Below, piece by piece: positions 44,645 through 54,290 of a stretch of 64,000 nucleotides of DNA; within the stretch, counting starts at the first letter, position 1; every line of letters starts with the position of its first letter. Made by a program: the position numbers and the translations under genes. Location: contig DASTLQ010000011.1 of the NCBI GenBank assembly GCA_035714785.1, forward strand, positions 6,124 through 70,123, read 5' to 3'. The stretch comes from Minisyncoccota bacterium (GTDB lineage: Bacteria; Patescibacteriota; Minisyncoccia; Phycocordibacterales; UBA9973). The notes beneath the pieces were generated by a model. It was not told the DNA's origin, searched no databases, and saw only the letters and a list, made by a program, of their open reading frames with translations.

Positions 44645-45147
44645 TATTTTGCTTTCTCTATTGTAATGGTTAGACCTTTCGGGCCCCGTTTGTATGTTTC
44701 GGATACTTTAAATTCTCCGGTAATGAGGTGGAGGACTCGGTCCAGTCGCTCTCTCAAGAATTTCTCATCCATGTATTTGCTTCGTCCTACAAGGAAAAGT
44801 TCTGCTTTGATTCTGTGTCCTTCGGCTAGCCATTTTGAAGCGGCCTTAGCTTTTAGTTCCAGATCATGCTCGCCAGTACCTATTTTAATCTGAATAGACT
44901 TGGTTTCGGTTGGCTTTGCACCCTTTGCTTTCTTTTGTTTTTTACTTGCTTCGTACTGATATTTTCCAAAATCGGTAATCTTGGCAACAGGGGGATTGGC
45001 ATTTGGAGATATTTCAATCAGGTCCAAACCCGCTTCCTCTGCCTTGTCCAGAGCTTCTTTAAAGCTTAAAACGCCAAGGTTTTCATTGTTGCTTCCTATT
45101 ACGCGGAGCTCTTTGGCTCTTATTTGGTTGTTTATTCGTTCTCGCAA
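44644..45147 (-). CDS. infC: translation initiation factor IF-3
   Basis: INNQIRAKELRVIGSNNENLGV..LDLIEISPNANPPVAKI. Apparent TTG start, consistent with the non-AUG starts typical of infC. Order infC-rpmI-rplT. Confidence 0.9.
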   Translation of the reverse strand: MRERINNQIRAKELRVIGSNNENLGVLSFKEALDKAEEAGLDLIEISPNANPPVAKITDFGKYQYEASKKQKKAKGAKPTETKSIQIKIGTGEHDLELKAKAASKWLAEGHRIKAELFLVGRSKYMDEKFLRERLDRVLHLITGEFKVSETYKRGPKGLTITIEKAK

Positions 45148-45256
45148 GTGGTATATCGAAATTCCACAGAGGAATTTAACTTCGTAAGTTTAGCCCATTT
45201 GGGGGTTAAAGTCAAACGGGAAAGCGCGTATAGCCATTGAACGCCTAGGATAATAA

Positions 45257-46510
45257 TTGTATAATATATATATGACAAATAAAGAGATGACCAATTTTAT
45301 CAAGGAGCAATTAAAGTCTGGTACTTCACAAGAGAATATTACTACAGCTCTTATGACAAACGGCTGGACAGAAAATGATATCAAGGAAGGTTTCGAGAAG
45401 GCTACTGGAAAAATCAGCATGAAAAATATGATTTTATACACCCTCGTTGGTGTTATTTTTATTTTAGGTATTGGTGGGTATTATTTTAGAGAGGATATAA
45501 AATCATCTTCTTTGGTAAAGGATATGCTTTTGGTGGTAGGAATAGGGGAGGAATATCCCGTGTTAGTGGAAAATGAATTAGCTGGGGATTTTCTTTTGGC
45601 AGAAAAAAATACCGAGAGCGCTGTTTCTTCATCTGAACTTTCTGATTCTGAACTTTCTGAAAAGTCTGCTCCTGCTGAAAAGAAAGAGGGTGAAAAACCT
45701 CAGGTAGAGAAAAAAACTACAGGTCTTCCTGGTACTATGACCTTTACCAGTAAAACTCATAAGTTCTCTTTCGCTCATCTGGATACCTATCTCAATTTCT
45801 CAGAGGGATACCTTTTGGAAATGAAAAAAAATAATAACTTGGGAGAAAAAATGGAAGAAGCTTGTAGAAAAAAGGAGGACCCAGCTCTGTCTTACGAAGA
45901 ATGTATTGCGCAAATGGAAAGAATGAAAGAAGTGTACCTTTATATTGCGAGCGAGTTTGAAGAACAACTAAAAGGTCCGACCGACATGGATGGCGACGAC
46001 GAATTTAGTTATTATAAAGTGGACGATTTTAGTCGGATGGATGAATCCTTCAGATACTTTGTAAGAAGCCTGAACGAAAAAATTTTTATTCCTAGTGGGA
46101 GTCAGGGAGAATGGGTGACAATAAAGCTGAGTGAACACCAAGAGGCAGGTTTCCGACCGAATCTTTATTATGTTTATAAGGACGGAGGAATTTCTCAAGT
46201 TGAAGATGCAACGCTTGATATGCAGTCCATGGGAGAAGAAGGAAGACGACTGAATCCTCATGTGGTCCCCATGAAATATACTCCTCTTAAGCCGGTTGCT
46301 ACTTCAGAAGCAGGGGTGCCTTTCTATAAAATTAACCAAGGGAAGACCCAGAGCCATTTAAATTTATACTGTGCAGTAGGAGGGAAGGTGGTGTGCTTTG
46401 ATACAGAAAATCTGCTCTCCTTTGAAGATAGGATGAAAGGAAAAAATGATGTAGCGCTTGAAAAGAAAGTTATGGATCCAATCATGAAGACATTTAAGTT
46501 TTTGAAGTAA
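45257..46510 (+). CDS. hypothetical membrane-anchored protein
   Basis: 417 aa with a single TM (~aa 57-77) and an acidic Ser-rich linker; no recognisable domain. Confidence 0.45.
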   Translation: MYNIYMTNKEMTNFIKEQLKSGTSQENITTALMTNGWTENDIKEGFEKATGKISMKNMILYTLVGVIFILGIGGYYFREDIKSSSLVKDMLLVVGIGEEYPVLVENELAGDFLLAEKNTESAVSSSELSDSELSEKSAPAEKKEGEKPQVEKKTTGLPGTMTFTSKTHKFSFAHLDTYLNFSEGYLLEMKKNNNLGEKMEEACRKKEDPALSYEECIAQMERMKEVYLYIASEFEEQLKGPTDMDGDDEFSYYKVDDFSRMDESFRYFVRSLNEKIFIPSGSQGEWVTIKLSEHQEAGFRPNLYYVYKDGGISQVEDATLDMQSMGEEGRRLNPHVVPMKYTPLKPVATSEAGVPFYKINQGKTQSHLNLYCAVGGKVVCFDTENLLSFEDRMKGKNDVALEKKVMDPIMKTFKFLK

Positions 46511-46539
46511 GGAATTTTTTCCCTGGGGAAATGAGAAAA

Positions 46540-46575
46540 AAAGAAATCCCGCCAGAGATCTTGCGATATGGCGGG
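46540..46575 (-). terminator. terminator hairpin downstream of CPBP protease gene (possibly bidirectional)
   Basis: AAATCCCGCC-AGAGATCTTGCGATAT-GGCGGGATT; a T-run follows on the minus strand (plus GAAAAAAAGAAAT). Confidence 0.6.
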
Positions 46576-46581
46576 ATTAGC

Positions 46582-47250
46582 TTAGTTTAAGACCGTGATT
46601 GCTTGTAAGGCGATCAGGGTAATAATGATTACGCTGTTATAGAAAGAATGATAAGTAGTGCTTACCAATACCGCTTGTTCTTCGGCGCGTGTATGGTCGT
46701 TGTGCTCCTTTAATTCCTTCAAGTACGTCTTTCTGTACTTATTGGCATAAAAAAAACCAGTACCGATTAAGGCTATTCCCGCTGCGAGGGAAATGCCGAC
46801 TAAACAATGGATAAGTCCAAACACAACAGATTGTTTGATAATGTCTGGCCACTTATGGTTGCCTTTCCTGAATATTTTTTCCTCCAAGTGGGCCAATAAT
46901 GGTATTGCCACAAGGAAAAGGAGAAAGAAAAGAAATGGCAGGACTTGAACCCACCTGATACTGGTGTTTGCTGCTTCTATAATGGGAGCAATGTATATAT
47001 TCCCTCCTTCATTATAAAAAAGGTTCATCCACCCATATTTAAACAATGGACTCCACCAAGCCAATAGGCTGTAAATTAGGAATGTTTGGAGTATAACCGC
47101 AAAGACTTCAAAGAACATTATTACCCTAAACCGTGACCAGATGGTCGTGACGAATTTAATATTATGCCGCTCTGTGTAAACCGTGTGAACGACAAGTGTC
47201 ACTGTTACTAAGGCCAAGAAAACTTTCAATACAACGGAGAATGTATGCAT
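46582..47250 (-). CDS. CPBP family intramembrane metalloprotease (CAAX protease/Abi-like)
   Basis: Multi-TM protein with EEKIFRKG (EExxxR) and VFGLIH (FxxxH) motifs. Confidence 0.65.
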   Translation of the reverse strand: MHTFSVVLKVFLALVTVTLVVHTVYTERHNIKFVTTIWSRFRVIMFFEVFAVILQTFLIYSLLAWWSPLFKYGWMNLFYNEGGNIYIAPIIEAANTSIRWVQVLPFLFFLLFLVAIPLLAHLEEKIFRKGNHKWPDIIKQSVVFGLIHCLVGISLAAGIALIGTGFFYANKYRKTYLKELKEHNDHTRAEEQAVLVSTTYHSFYNSVIIITLIALQAITVLN

Positions 47251-47722
47251 GGCACACTCCTTTTTGTTGGTTATGGAAAATAATTTATTTTATATATGAT
47301 GACATAGAATATATGAAAAGTCAAGATTGATACACGTATTCTAACCAATAGCTTGGACGGAATTAATCAATAATTGATTCGGCGTTTTGAAATTAATTCC
47401 CATATGCAACCGTTCTTGATTGTAGTATTGCAGGTATTTCTTTAGAGCGCAATTGATGGAATAGCTACTTATTCCATAATTGCGCAAGGGGGAAATTACC
47501 TGCTACCTTTTGCTTTCACCATTGGAAGCGGGGTAAAAGCAGTTTTTTCAATCATGTTCCGAACGGAAAAACTTCGCTGGACGAGATTTGAAAGCATGGT
47601 GAAATTGGATACTCGAGCCGGCGAAATCGAGTCACAGGTTTTCGCCTGCTGGCGAAACCCGCGACCCCGCCTCGCGCCGTCGCGCTCCGGCTATTCGATT
47701 TCCCTCTGCAGCCACCAGCAAA

Positions 47723-47757
47723 AAGAAAACAGAGTACCGAATGGTACTCTGTTTTCT
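47723..47757 (-). terminator. rho-independent terminator directly after tmRNA 3' end (palindromic, bidirectional)
   Basis: AAAACAGAGTACC-GAAT-GGTACTCTGTTTTCTTTTT. Confidence 0.8.
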
Positions 47758-47762
47758 TTTTG

Positions 47763-48183
47763 TGGAGATGGGGGAAATCGAATCCCCGTGCAAAAGAGTG
47801 CTACAACAAAGTCTACATGCATAGCGCGCTTATTTTCGCTTTCGCCTAGGGCGATCGCGGTTTAAGCTTTTAAACTAGTGAACGAGCGAAATATTTAAAA
47901 GCCGATCTTCTAAGTTTCGTCTCGAAAGCGAAGCTCAATCGAAACTATCCCGATAATTTTATGCCCCAACTCATGTATCGGAAGTCTATGAGTGAGACAC
48001 CGGTTCGCGTTAAGCGAAAGCCGGAGCGAAAGCAAAGTCCTTCGCACCGAAGTACGGAGAAGCGATTGCTTTAACTTTTGAAGTTAATTCTGCAATTAAC
48101 ACTTGAACGAAATTTTTACGAGATTGCGTTCATACTCGGCATGCATTGAGGCAACAGGTCCTTTGTCTATGCCTTGCATCCCC
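47763..48183 (-). ncRNA. ssrA: transfer-messenger RNA (tmRNA)
   Basis: Minus strand 5' GGGGATGCAAGG..GCATGCCGAG..CTCGTAAAAA.. Compare E. coli GCAUGCCGAGGGGCGGUUGGCCUCGUAAAAA. 3' end GGGGATTCGATTTCCCCCATCTCCA is the tRNA-like T-arm/acceptor pairing with 5' GGGGATG. Internal tag ORF ends ..GAKDFAFAPAFA-TAA. Immediately downstream of smpB. Confidence 0.85.
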
Positions 48184-48207
48184 ATATATATTAAGACGCT
48201 TTGTGCG

Positions 48208-48654
48208 TCAGTAATCTTTCAACGTGCGTCGAAGCTCACGGTCGGATTCGCGCTTTTTGATGGTCTCGCGTTTGTCGCGATTTTTCTTTCCTTTTGCGAG
48301 AGCGATTTCCGCTTTGATCTTCTTACCTTTATTATACACCGCTAAAGGCACTATTGTCAAGCTTCTGTTTTTATCATTTCCGGCCAGCTCCGCAAGCTCT
48401 TTTTTGGTCAAAAGAAGCCTTCTATTTCGCAGGGGGTCGTAATCTAATGGTGCGTTCTTCGGCTGAAAGGGAGTGATGTTTGCGTTGATTAGGTAAGCCT
48501 CTCCTCCGCGGACAATTACAAAAGACCCATCGAGTGACATTTTTCCGTCACGCACAGACTTTGCTTCCATGCCTGTAAGCTCGATGCCTGCCACATATTT
48601 ATCCATGATTTCGTACTCAAATCTGGCTTTTCTATTTTCTGCATAATGGCCCAT
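48208..48654 (-). CDS. smpB: SsrA-binding protein SmpB
   Basis: 148 aa; ENRKARFEY.I.....AGIEL.G.E.KS core. Basic C-terminal tail. Confidence 0.93.
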   Translation of the reverse strand: MGHYAENRKARFEYEIMDKYVAGIELTGMEAKSVRDGKMSLDGSFVIVRGGEAYLINANITPFQPKNAPLDYDPLRNRRLLLTKKELAELAGNDKNRSLTIVPLAVYNKGKKIKAEIALAKGKKNRDKRETIKKRESDRELRRTLKDY

Positions 48655-48697
48655 GCCATTATCTTAGCACAGTTTTTCTTATAAATTTTAACTTTTG

Positions 48698-48706
48698 TGT
48701 TATAAT
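48698..48706 (+). promoter_or_regulatory. extended -10 promoter element (TGTTATAAT) upstream of ftsH
   Basis: TG-n-TATAAT at 48698-48706, 7 nt before the chosen ftsH ATG. Confidence 0.35.
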
Positions 48707-48712
48707 AATTCG

Positions 48713-50635
48713 ATGAATTTTAATCTTTTAGATAATAAAAATATGAAGAGGGGAAAGAAGCCGGAAAAGGGAGGCGGGCTCTCAGGGAGCATCGCTTCGG
48801 TCATTTTGATTTTTATGATTATCACCGCTCTGTATCTCCTCATTTCTGGAGGACCATCGGAGGCAAAAACTCAGATTTCTCTATCCGAGCTCGCGGGAGC
48901 TGTCTCAAGGGGAGAAGTGGAAGGCGTCGTAATTGAAGGAGAAAAACTGACTGCAACATACAAAAACGGAGAGATATATGAATCCAAAAAAGAAAAGGAG
49001 TCATCATTGTCTGAAACTCTTACAAACTACGGCGTGACCGCGGAATCTCTTTCTACTACTAATATAGAAGTTCAGGACCAAGGCGGATTTGGATTCTGGG
49101 CGCTAAATGTTCTACCGTTTCTTTTGCCGATTGTATTTATCGTAATTTTCTTCTGGTATATTTCTCGTCAGGTAAAAGGCGCAGGAGTGCAGGCATTTTC
49201 TTTTGGACAGTCCAAAGCACGCATCACCGATCCGAATGATAAAAAAAGTAAAATTACTTTTAAGGATGTGGCTGGTTGCAAAGAAGCAAAAGAAGAATTG
49301 AAAGAAATTGTAGATTTTTTGAAAAGCCCGAAAAAGTTTTTAGATATTGGAGCTCGAATTCCAAAAGGAGTGATCTTGATGGGAGCGCCGGGAACAGGGA
49401 AGACGCTTCTTGCTCGCGCAGTTGCCGGCGAGGCATCGGTTCCATTCTTCCATCTTTCCGGTTCTGAGTTCGTAGAAATGTTTGTGGGAGTTGGAGCATC
49501 ACGCGTAAGAGATTTGTTTAAGCTTGCTAAAAAAGCTGCTCCAGCCATTGTATTTATTGACGAAATCGATGCTATTGGACGAACTCGAGGAGGAGGATTT
49601 GGTGGAGGAAATGACGAAAGAGAGCAGACCTTAAACCAGATCTTGGTGGAGATGGATGGTTTCGAACCCAATGAAAAGCTGATCGTGATGGCGGCCACAA
49701 ACAGGCCAGATGTTTTGGATCCTGCGCTTGTGCGCCCAGGACGTTTTGATAGAAAGGTTGCGCTTGATTTACCTGATCGCTCAGACCGCGAAGAGATTTT
49801 GAAAATTCATGCTAGAGAAAAACCTCTTGCAGAAGATGTGAACTTGACCGTGATCGCAGAACGAACTCCAGGATTCTCTGGTGCTGATTTATATTCCCTC
49901 ATGAACGAAGGAGCGATTTTGGCTGCACGAGAAAATCGTAAAAAAGTTTTCCAATTTGATTTAATTAGAGCAATCGAAAAAGTGATGCTAGGTCCAGAGA
50001 GGAAAAGCCACTTACTTTCAAAGAAAGAAAAAGAAATCACCGCCTACCACGAAGCAGGTCACGCTATCGTTGCATCAGTACTTCCATATGCTGACCCTGT
50101 GCACAAAGTTTCTATCATTGCCCGAGGACGTGCAGGAGGATACACCTTAAAACTTCCACTCGAAGAACGCCGACTACAATCCAAAAAAGAATTTATCGAT
50201 GACATCGCAATGTCTCTCGGAGGATACGTTGCTGAAAAGATGATGTTTGGAGATATTACCACTGGTCCATCGAGCGACTTGCAGGTCTCTACTAGTCTTG
50301 CGCGAGCAATGGTCACTCGATTTGGAATGTCTGACGAAATCGGTCCGATCGCGCTTGCAGGTGGGGGAGGAAAGCCTCAATGGGGGGAGAGTATGGAAAA
50401 AGAATATTCGGAAGCAGTATTTACAAAAGTAGATAGTGAAGTTTCAAGAATCATAGGTGAGGGAATAAAGACAGCGGAAAGAGTGCTCGAAGAACACAAA
50501 AAAGCCTTTGTAGCTATTGCTAAAAAACTAATGGAAGTGGAAACACTAGAACAGGAAGAATATGAAAAAATCCTGACAGCTCACGGTATCGAACTCAAAA
50601 AGAAAGATAAACCTGCGGTGGCGATTGCGGACTAG
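48713..50635 (+). CDS. ftsH: ATP-dependent zinc metalloprotease FtsH
   Basis: Two TM, AAA module [27 protein letters not shown] zinc site. Start trimmed from 48695 to 48713 because an extended -10 (TGTTATAAT 48698-48706) overlaps the longer ORF; 48751 is an alternative start. Confidence 0.93.
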   Translation: MNFNLLDNKNMKRGKKPEKGGGLSGSIASVILIFMIITALYLLISGGPSEAKTQISLSELAGAVSRGEVEGVVIEGEKLTATYKNGEIYESKKEKESSLSETLTNYGVTAESLSTTNIEVQDQGGFGFWALNVLPFLLPIVFIVIFFWYISRQVKGAGVQAFSFGQSKARITDPNDKKSKITFKDVAGCKEAKEELKEIVDFLKSPKKFLDIGARIPKGVILMGAPGTGKTLLARAVAGEASVPFFHLSGSEFVEMFVGVGASRVRDLFKLAKKAAPAIVFIDEIDAIGRTRGGGFGGGNDEREQTLNQILVEMDGFEPNEKLIVMAATNRPDVLDPALVRPGRFDRKVALDLPDRSDREEILKIHAREKPLAEDVNLTVIAERTPGFSGADLYSLMNEGAILAARENRKKVFQFDLIRAIEKVMLGPERKSHLLSKKEKEITAYHEAGHAIVASVLPYADPVHKVSIIARGRAGGYTLKLPLEERRLQSKKEFIDDIAMSLGGYVAEKMMFGDITTGPSSDLQVSTSLARAMVTRFGMSDEIGPIALAGGGGKPQWGESMEKEYSEAVFTKVDSEVSRIIGEGIKTAERVLEEHKKAFVAIAKKLMEVETLEQEEYEKILTAHGIELKKKDKPAVAIAD

Positions 50636-50739
50636 AAATATATGGCCAAAAGAAAATTAAAAAAAGGGCAATAGAGCTGAGACTTTCAGGACATAGCTAC
50701 AGCCAAATAAAGAAAGAATTAAAAGTCAGCAAGAGCACT

Positions 50740-51315
50740 TTGAGCAATTGGCTTTCTTGTTTCCCGTTGTCTTTAGAGAGAATAAGGGAGTTGAGAGACA
50801 ATAGTCCTATTCGGATAAAGAATTATAAGAACACGGTAAAAATAAGAAATAAAAATCACATTGATAAAGTTTATAAAAAAGTTTCGAAAGATATAGGTTT
50901 GTTTTCTAAAAGAGATTTATTTATAGCAGGAATGTTTCTGTACTGGGGAGAAGGTACAAAAACTCAGGAAGCAATGGTTACTCTAACAAATACTAATCCA
51001 GCAATGCTTAAGTTGTATATTAAATGGCTTGGATTATTTAATGTTAGAAGAAAAGATCTAAAAGTTAAATTACATTTGTATTCCGATATGAATATTAATG
51101 AAAGTGTTATTTTTTGGTCTAAAGAGCTTAGGATTCCAATAAATCAATTTTGTAAGCCCTATATTAAAAAATCTAGTTTGAAATCAATATCCTACAAGAA
51201 GGGCTTTGGAAAAGGGACATGTAGTGTTATATTTGGCAGTAAGCCTCTTTGGGAATATATAATGTTTGGGTTAAAATACATAGGAGAGGTATGTAATAAA
51301 GAACCCCGCCCTTAG
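50740..51315 (+). CDS. LAGLIDADG-like homing endonuclease family protein (likely frameshifted at an A7 run; N-terminal HTH encoded from ATG 50643 in another frame)
   Basis: IAGMFLYWGEGTKT resembles the LAGLIDADG motif. The HTH segment IELRLSGHSYSQIKKELKVSKSTLSNWL is in frame with the ORF but upstream of any ATG. ATG 50643 (MAKRKLKK..) reaches this frame only if the A7 tract 50659-50665 is read as A8. Confidence 0.4.
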   Translation: MSNWLSCFPLSLERIRELRDNSPIRIKNYKNTVKIRNKNHIDKVYKKVSKDIGLFSKRDLFIAGMFLYWGEGTKTQEAMVTLTNTNPAMLKLYIKWLGLFNVRRKDLKVKLHLYSDMNINESVIFWSKELRIPINQFCKPYIKKSSLKSISYKKGFGKGTCSVIFGSKPLWEYIMFGLKYIGEVCNKEPRP

Positions 51316-51377
51316 CTCAGTTGGTAGAGCAGACGACTTATACTCGTCTTGTCCTAGGTTCGAGTCCTAGAGGGCGG
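51305..51377 (+). tRNA. tRNA-Ile (anticodon UAU)
   Basis: 73 nt cloverleaf: acceptor CCGCCCT/AGGGCGG, D-arm GCTC-AGTTGGTA-GAGC, anticodon stem GACGA/TCGTC with loop CTTATAC (U33, anticodon TAT, A37), T-arm CTAGG-TTCGAGT-CCTAG, discriminator A. CCA not encoded. Confidence 0.75.
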
Positions 51378-51380
51378 ACA

Positions 51381-51971
51381 ATGAAAAAATTTTCAAAAGA
51401 ATTTGAAAGTCTCATAGATTTTGTTAATTTCACTCATGAGTTTAGAGAAGTGATAAGGATAGCAAGAGCGCCAAACGGCGAGCGGTTTGAAAACGACACC
51501 GAGCATTGCTACCAGCTCGCCATGGTTGCATGGTTTTTGATTGAGCAGGATAAATTAAAATTGAACAAAGAGCTTTGTTTCATGTATGCGCTTGCGCATG
51601 ATCTTGTAGAAGTATACGCAGGTGATACATATGTTTTTGATAAAAAAAATGTAGCGTCGCAAGCTAAGAGAGAAAAAAATGCCTTGAAGAAAATACAGAA
51701 GCGTTTTTCTGGTTTTAAGAGTTTAGTAAAAATAATAGAAAAGTATGAACAAAGGAAAGACAAGGAGAGTAAATTTATTTATGCCCTAGATAAGCTTTTG
51801 CCTCCAATACAGGGATATTTGGAAAATGGAAAAATATGGAAAGAGAAAAAGCTTACTCTAAAAGGCGTTATGAAAGTTAAGAATGATAAGATTGCGGTCT
51901 CTAAGGAGGTGAATAAATATTGGAAGGAGCTTTTAGAAGAAATAAAAAGAAAAGAAAGCGATCTTTTCTAA
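51381..51971 (+). CDS. HD-domain hydrolase (YfbR-like 5'-deoxynucleotidase family)
   Basis: ENDTEHCYQLAMVAWFL (H..HD region) and ALAHDLVEVYAGD. The ORF track start 51321 overlaps the tRNA, so it is trimmed to MKKFSKEF at 51381. Confidence 0.7.
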   Translation: MKKFSKEFESLIDFVNFTHEFREVIRIARAPNGERFENDTEHCYQLAMVAWFLIEQDKLKLNKELCFMYALAHDLVEVYAGDTYVFDKKNVASQAKREKNALKKIQKRFSGFKSLVKIIEKYEQRKDKESKFIYALDKLLPPIQGYLENGKIWKEKKLTLKGVMKVKNDKIAVSKEVNKYWKELLEEIKRKESDLF

Positions 51972-51983
51972 AAGCTACCCGCA

Positions 51984-52070
51984 ACATGCAAGGGGACCTG
52001 TGGATAACATGCAAGGGGACCCCTTACACTTTATCCACACCCACTAACATGCAAGGGGACCCCTTACACC
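51984..52070. repeat. family A repeat cluster (HD hydrolase/recG convergent intergenic)
   Basis: CATGCAAGGGGACCTGTGGATAACATGCAAGGGGACCCCTTACACTTTATCCACACCCACTAACATGCAAGGGGACCCCTTACACC. Confidence 0.9.
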
Positions 52071-54262
52071 TATTCGAAATGAAACTCTTTCAGTTTTTCT
52101 TTGACGCGGGCTTTTAGATTTGGGTATTTTTTAAGCTCGGGGTCTTGACTGATGAGGCGGACGGCTTCGGTGCGAGCAGCTTCTACCATTTTTAAATTTT
52201 TAATAGCTTCCATGGCGAGGTCGGATACGCCCCACTGCTTTCCGCCCGAGAGTTCGCCTGCGCCACGCAACGTGAGATCAAGCTCCGCTAATTCGAAACC
52301 ATTTTTTGCAGTTTTTAGGGCTTTAAGTCGGTCCATTGTTTTTTGTGATTTGGCTTCAGCAAAAACATAGCAGTATGCCTGATCAGAACTTCTGATCACT
52401 CGGCCTCGAAGCTGATGAAGCTGGGCTAGTCCAAATCTTTCAGCCCCTTCTATTATTATGACGGTGGCATTTGGTACGTTTACTCCTACTTCCACCACTG
52501 ATGTCGCGCACAGTATATGAATCTTTCCATCTGAAAAATCTTTCATCACTTCTTCTTTTTTTTGTTTACTCATCTTGCTGTGTAGCACCCCGATTTCATA
52601 ATCAGGGAAAACCTCTTTTTTTAGTCGCTTTGCTTCTGCTACAGCGGATTTCGCAAGAAGTGCCATCTCTTTTTCTGGGTCTGGTTCAAATATTCGAGGA
52701 CATATTACATATAGCTGTCGGCCTTCACCGAGTTCGCGGTGAATTTTTTCATAAGTGGCATCTCTTTTTTCGGGTGTAACTATTTCTGTGATGATTGGTT
52801 TTCTACCAGAAGGCATTTCGTCTAGTAAAGATAGATCGAGGTCGCCGTAAATAGTGAGAGCGAGAGTGCGGGGAATAGGGGTGGCTGTCATGGACAGGAG
52901 ATGTGGAGCAACCTGTACTCCCTCAGAATCTTTTCGCACAAGTTTTCGTCGCTGAGCAGTTCCAAAACGATGCTGTTCGTCTATCACTGCAAAAGCAAGA
53001 TTTTTAAATTTTACAGTTTTTTGAATGAGAGCATGTGTTCCAATTAAAATTGGAATCTCACCGCCTGCCACCCATTTCAAAAGCTGGGTGCGGGAAATAT
53101 CGGTCCAGCCCACTGTGCCTCTGCCAGCGGAAACCTTTGAGGGAAACTTTCGGCAACCCGAACCCGTCAGGAGCCCAATGTTTATAGGCATATGAGCGAA
53201 ATTTTTTATAAAAGATTCAAAATGCTGGGCAGCGAGTATTTCTGTAGGAGCCATATATGCTACTTGCAAACCCCTGCGAAGCCCTTTGGATGTCTTTTGA
53301 TTTACGATGGCATGAGCAGCTGCGGCAGCTACGGCTGTTTTTCCAGATCCTACATCTCCTTCGAGTAGTCTCGACATGGGAATATCTTTTTGAATGTCGG
53401 CGAGAATAGTGTCGATCGATTTTTTTTGCGAAGCAGTGAGCTCAAAAGGAAAGCGCTTTAGAAATTCGTCCACTTCTTCCTTTGCGGAGCTAATTTTGAA
53501 AGATTTATTTTTTCTATATTCCATTCTGTCGTGTTGTCGTTCGAGCTGGATGAAAAAAACTTCTTCGAAAGCAAATCTTTTTCTAGCGGACTCTGCATCT
53601 TTTGGATTTTTTGGAGTATGAACCCAGATGAGTGCAGATTTCAAAGAAGGGAGATGGTATGTTTTTAAGATTTCTTCGGGAATATAGTCCTCAATATCCT
53701 CTAGAGTTTTGTCCTTAAAGATTTTTAGAATAGTGTGATATATCCATCGAGAAGTGATACCTTTCGTCTCAGGATATACAGGAAAAGAAAATCCTCTGTT
53801 TTCGCTTTCACCGTTTTCATTTTTAAAAAGAGTGTCATGTGAATCAATAGGCATGTAAGCAACTTTTTCAAATTCTGGATTGGCTAGATACAGGCCATAC
53901 TTTCCCTCGGTCACATGTCCGGAAAGTTTTACATTTTCACCTTCGTGAATCATTTTGGCGAGGTACGCTTGATTGAACCATATTATTTTTATCTTACCCG
54001 AAAGATCTTCGATCTCCGCTTCTCCCATGGGAATTTTTGTCTTGAACCCCTTTTTTGTTTTAAGCTTGGAAACTCTTCCGTAAACTGTGGCCGTTTCTCC
54101 AGCCACTAGCTCGCTAATATTTTTAATTTCCCTGATATCGCTATACCTAGAAGGGAAATAGAAAAGAAGGTCCTGTACAGTCGCAAGACCTAATTTCTTC
54201 AAGGCTTTCTTTTGTTTTTCATCCAGTCGGAATTTGGCTTCCAATTTATCGTGGAGGTTCAT
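52070..54262 (-). CDS. recG: ATP-dependent DNA helicase RecG
   Basis: N-terminal wedge/OB domain. Helicase motifs GDVGSGKT, DEQHRFG and QLHQLRGRVIRS; 730 aa. Confidence 0.93.
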   Translation of the reverse strand: MNLHDKLEAKFRLDEKQKKALKKLGLATVQDLLFYFPSRYSDIREIKNISELVAGETATVYGRVSKLKTKKGFKTKIPMGEAEIEDLSGKIKIIWFNQAYLAKMIHEGENVKLSGHVTEGKYGLYLANPEFEKVAYMPIDSHDTLFKNENGESENRGFSFPVYPETKGITSRWIYHTILKIFKDKTLEDIEDYIPEEILKTYHLPSLKSALIWVHTPKNPKDAESARKRFAFEEVFFIQLERQHDRMEYRKNKSFKISSAKEEVDEFLKRFPFELTASQKKSIDTILADIQKDIPMSRLLEGDVGSGKTAVAAAAAHAIVNQKTSKGLRRGLQVAYMAPTEILAAQHFESFIKNFAHMPINIGLLTGSGCRKFPSKVSAGRGTVGWTDISRTQLLKWVAGGEIPILIGTHALIQKTVKFKNLAFAVIDEQHRFGTAQRRKLVRKDSEGVQVAPHLLSMTATPIPRTLALTIYGDLDLSLLDEMPSGRKPIITEIVTPEKRDATYEKIHRELGEGRQLYVICPRIFEPDPEKEMALLAKSAVAEAKRLKKEVFPDYEIGVLHSKMSKQKKEEVMKDFSDGKIHILCATSVVEVGVNVPNATVIIIEGAERFGLAQLHQLRGRVIRSSDQAYCYVFAEAKSQKTMDRLKALKTAKNGFELAELDLTLRGAGELSGGKQWGVSDLAMEAIKNLKMVEAARTEAVRLISQDPELKKYPNLKARVKEKLKEFHFE

Positions 54263-54290
54263 GCCATGAGATTATACAGCAAAAAAGGGA

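Noticed and set aside
47554-47865. ORF-track ORF (103 aa, +) overlapping the tmRNA 3' end and terminator
   Set aside because: The translation is low-complexity, Arg/Pro-rich nonsense. The region is explained by tmRNA (minus strand), its palindromic terminator and a GC-rich structured element.
51321-51380. N-terminal 20 codons of the ORF-track HD-hydrolase ORF (MVEQTTYTRLVLGSSPRGRT)
   Set aside because: This stretch is the tRNA-Ile gene read as protein; the real start is MKKFSKEF at 51381.
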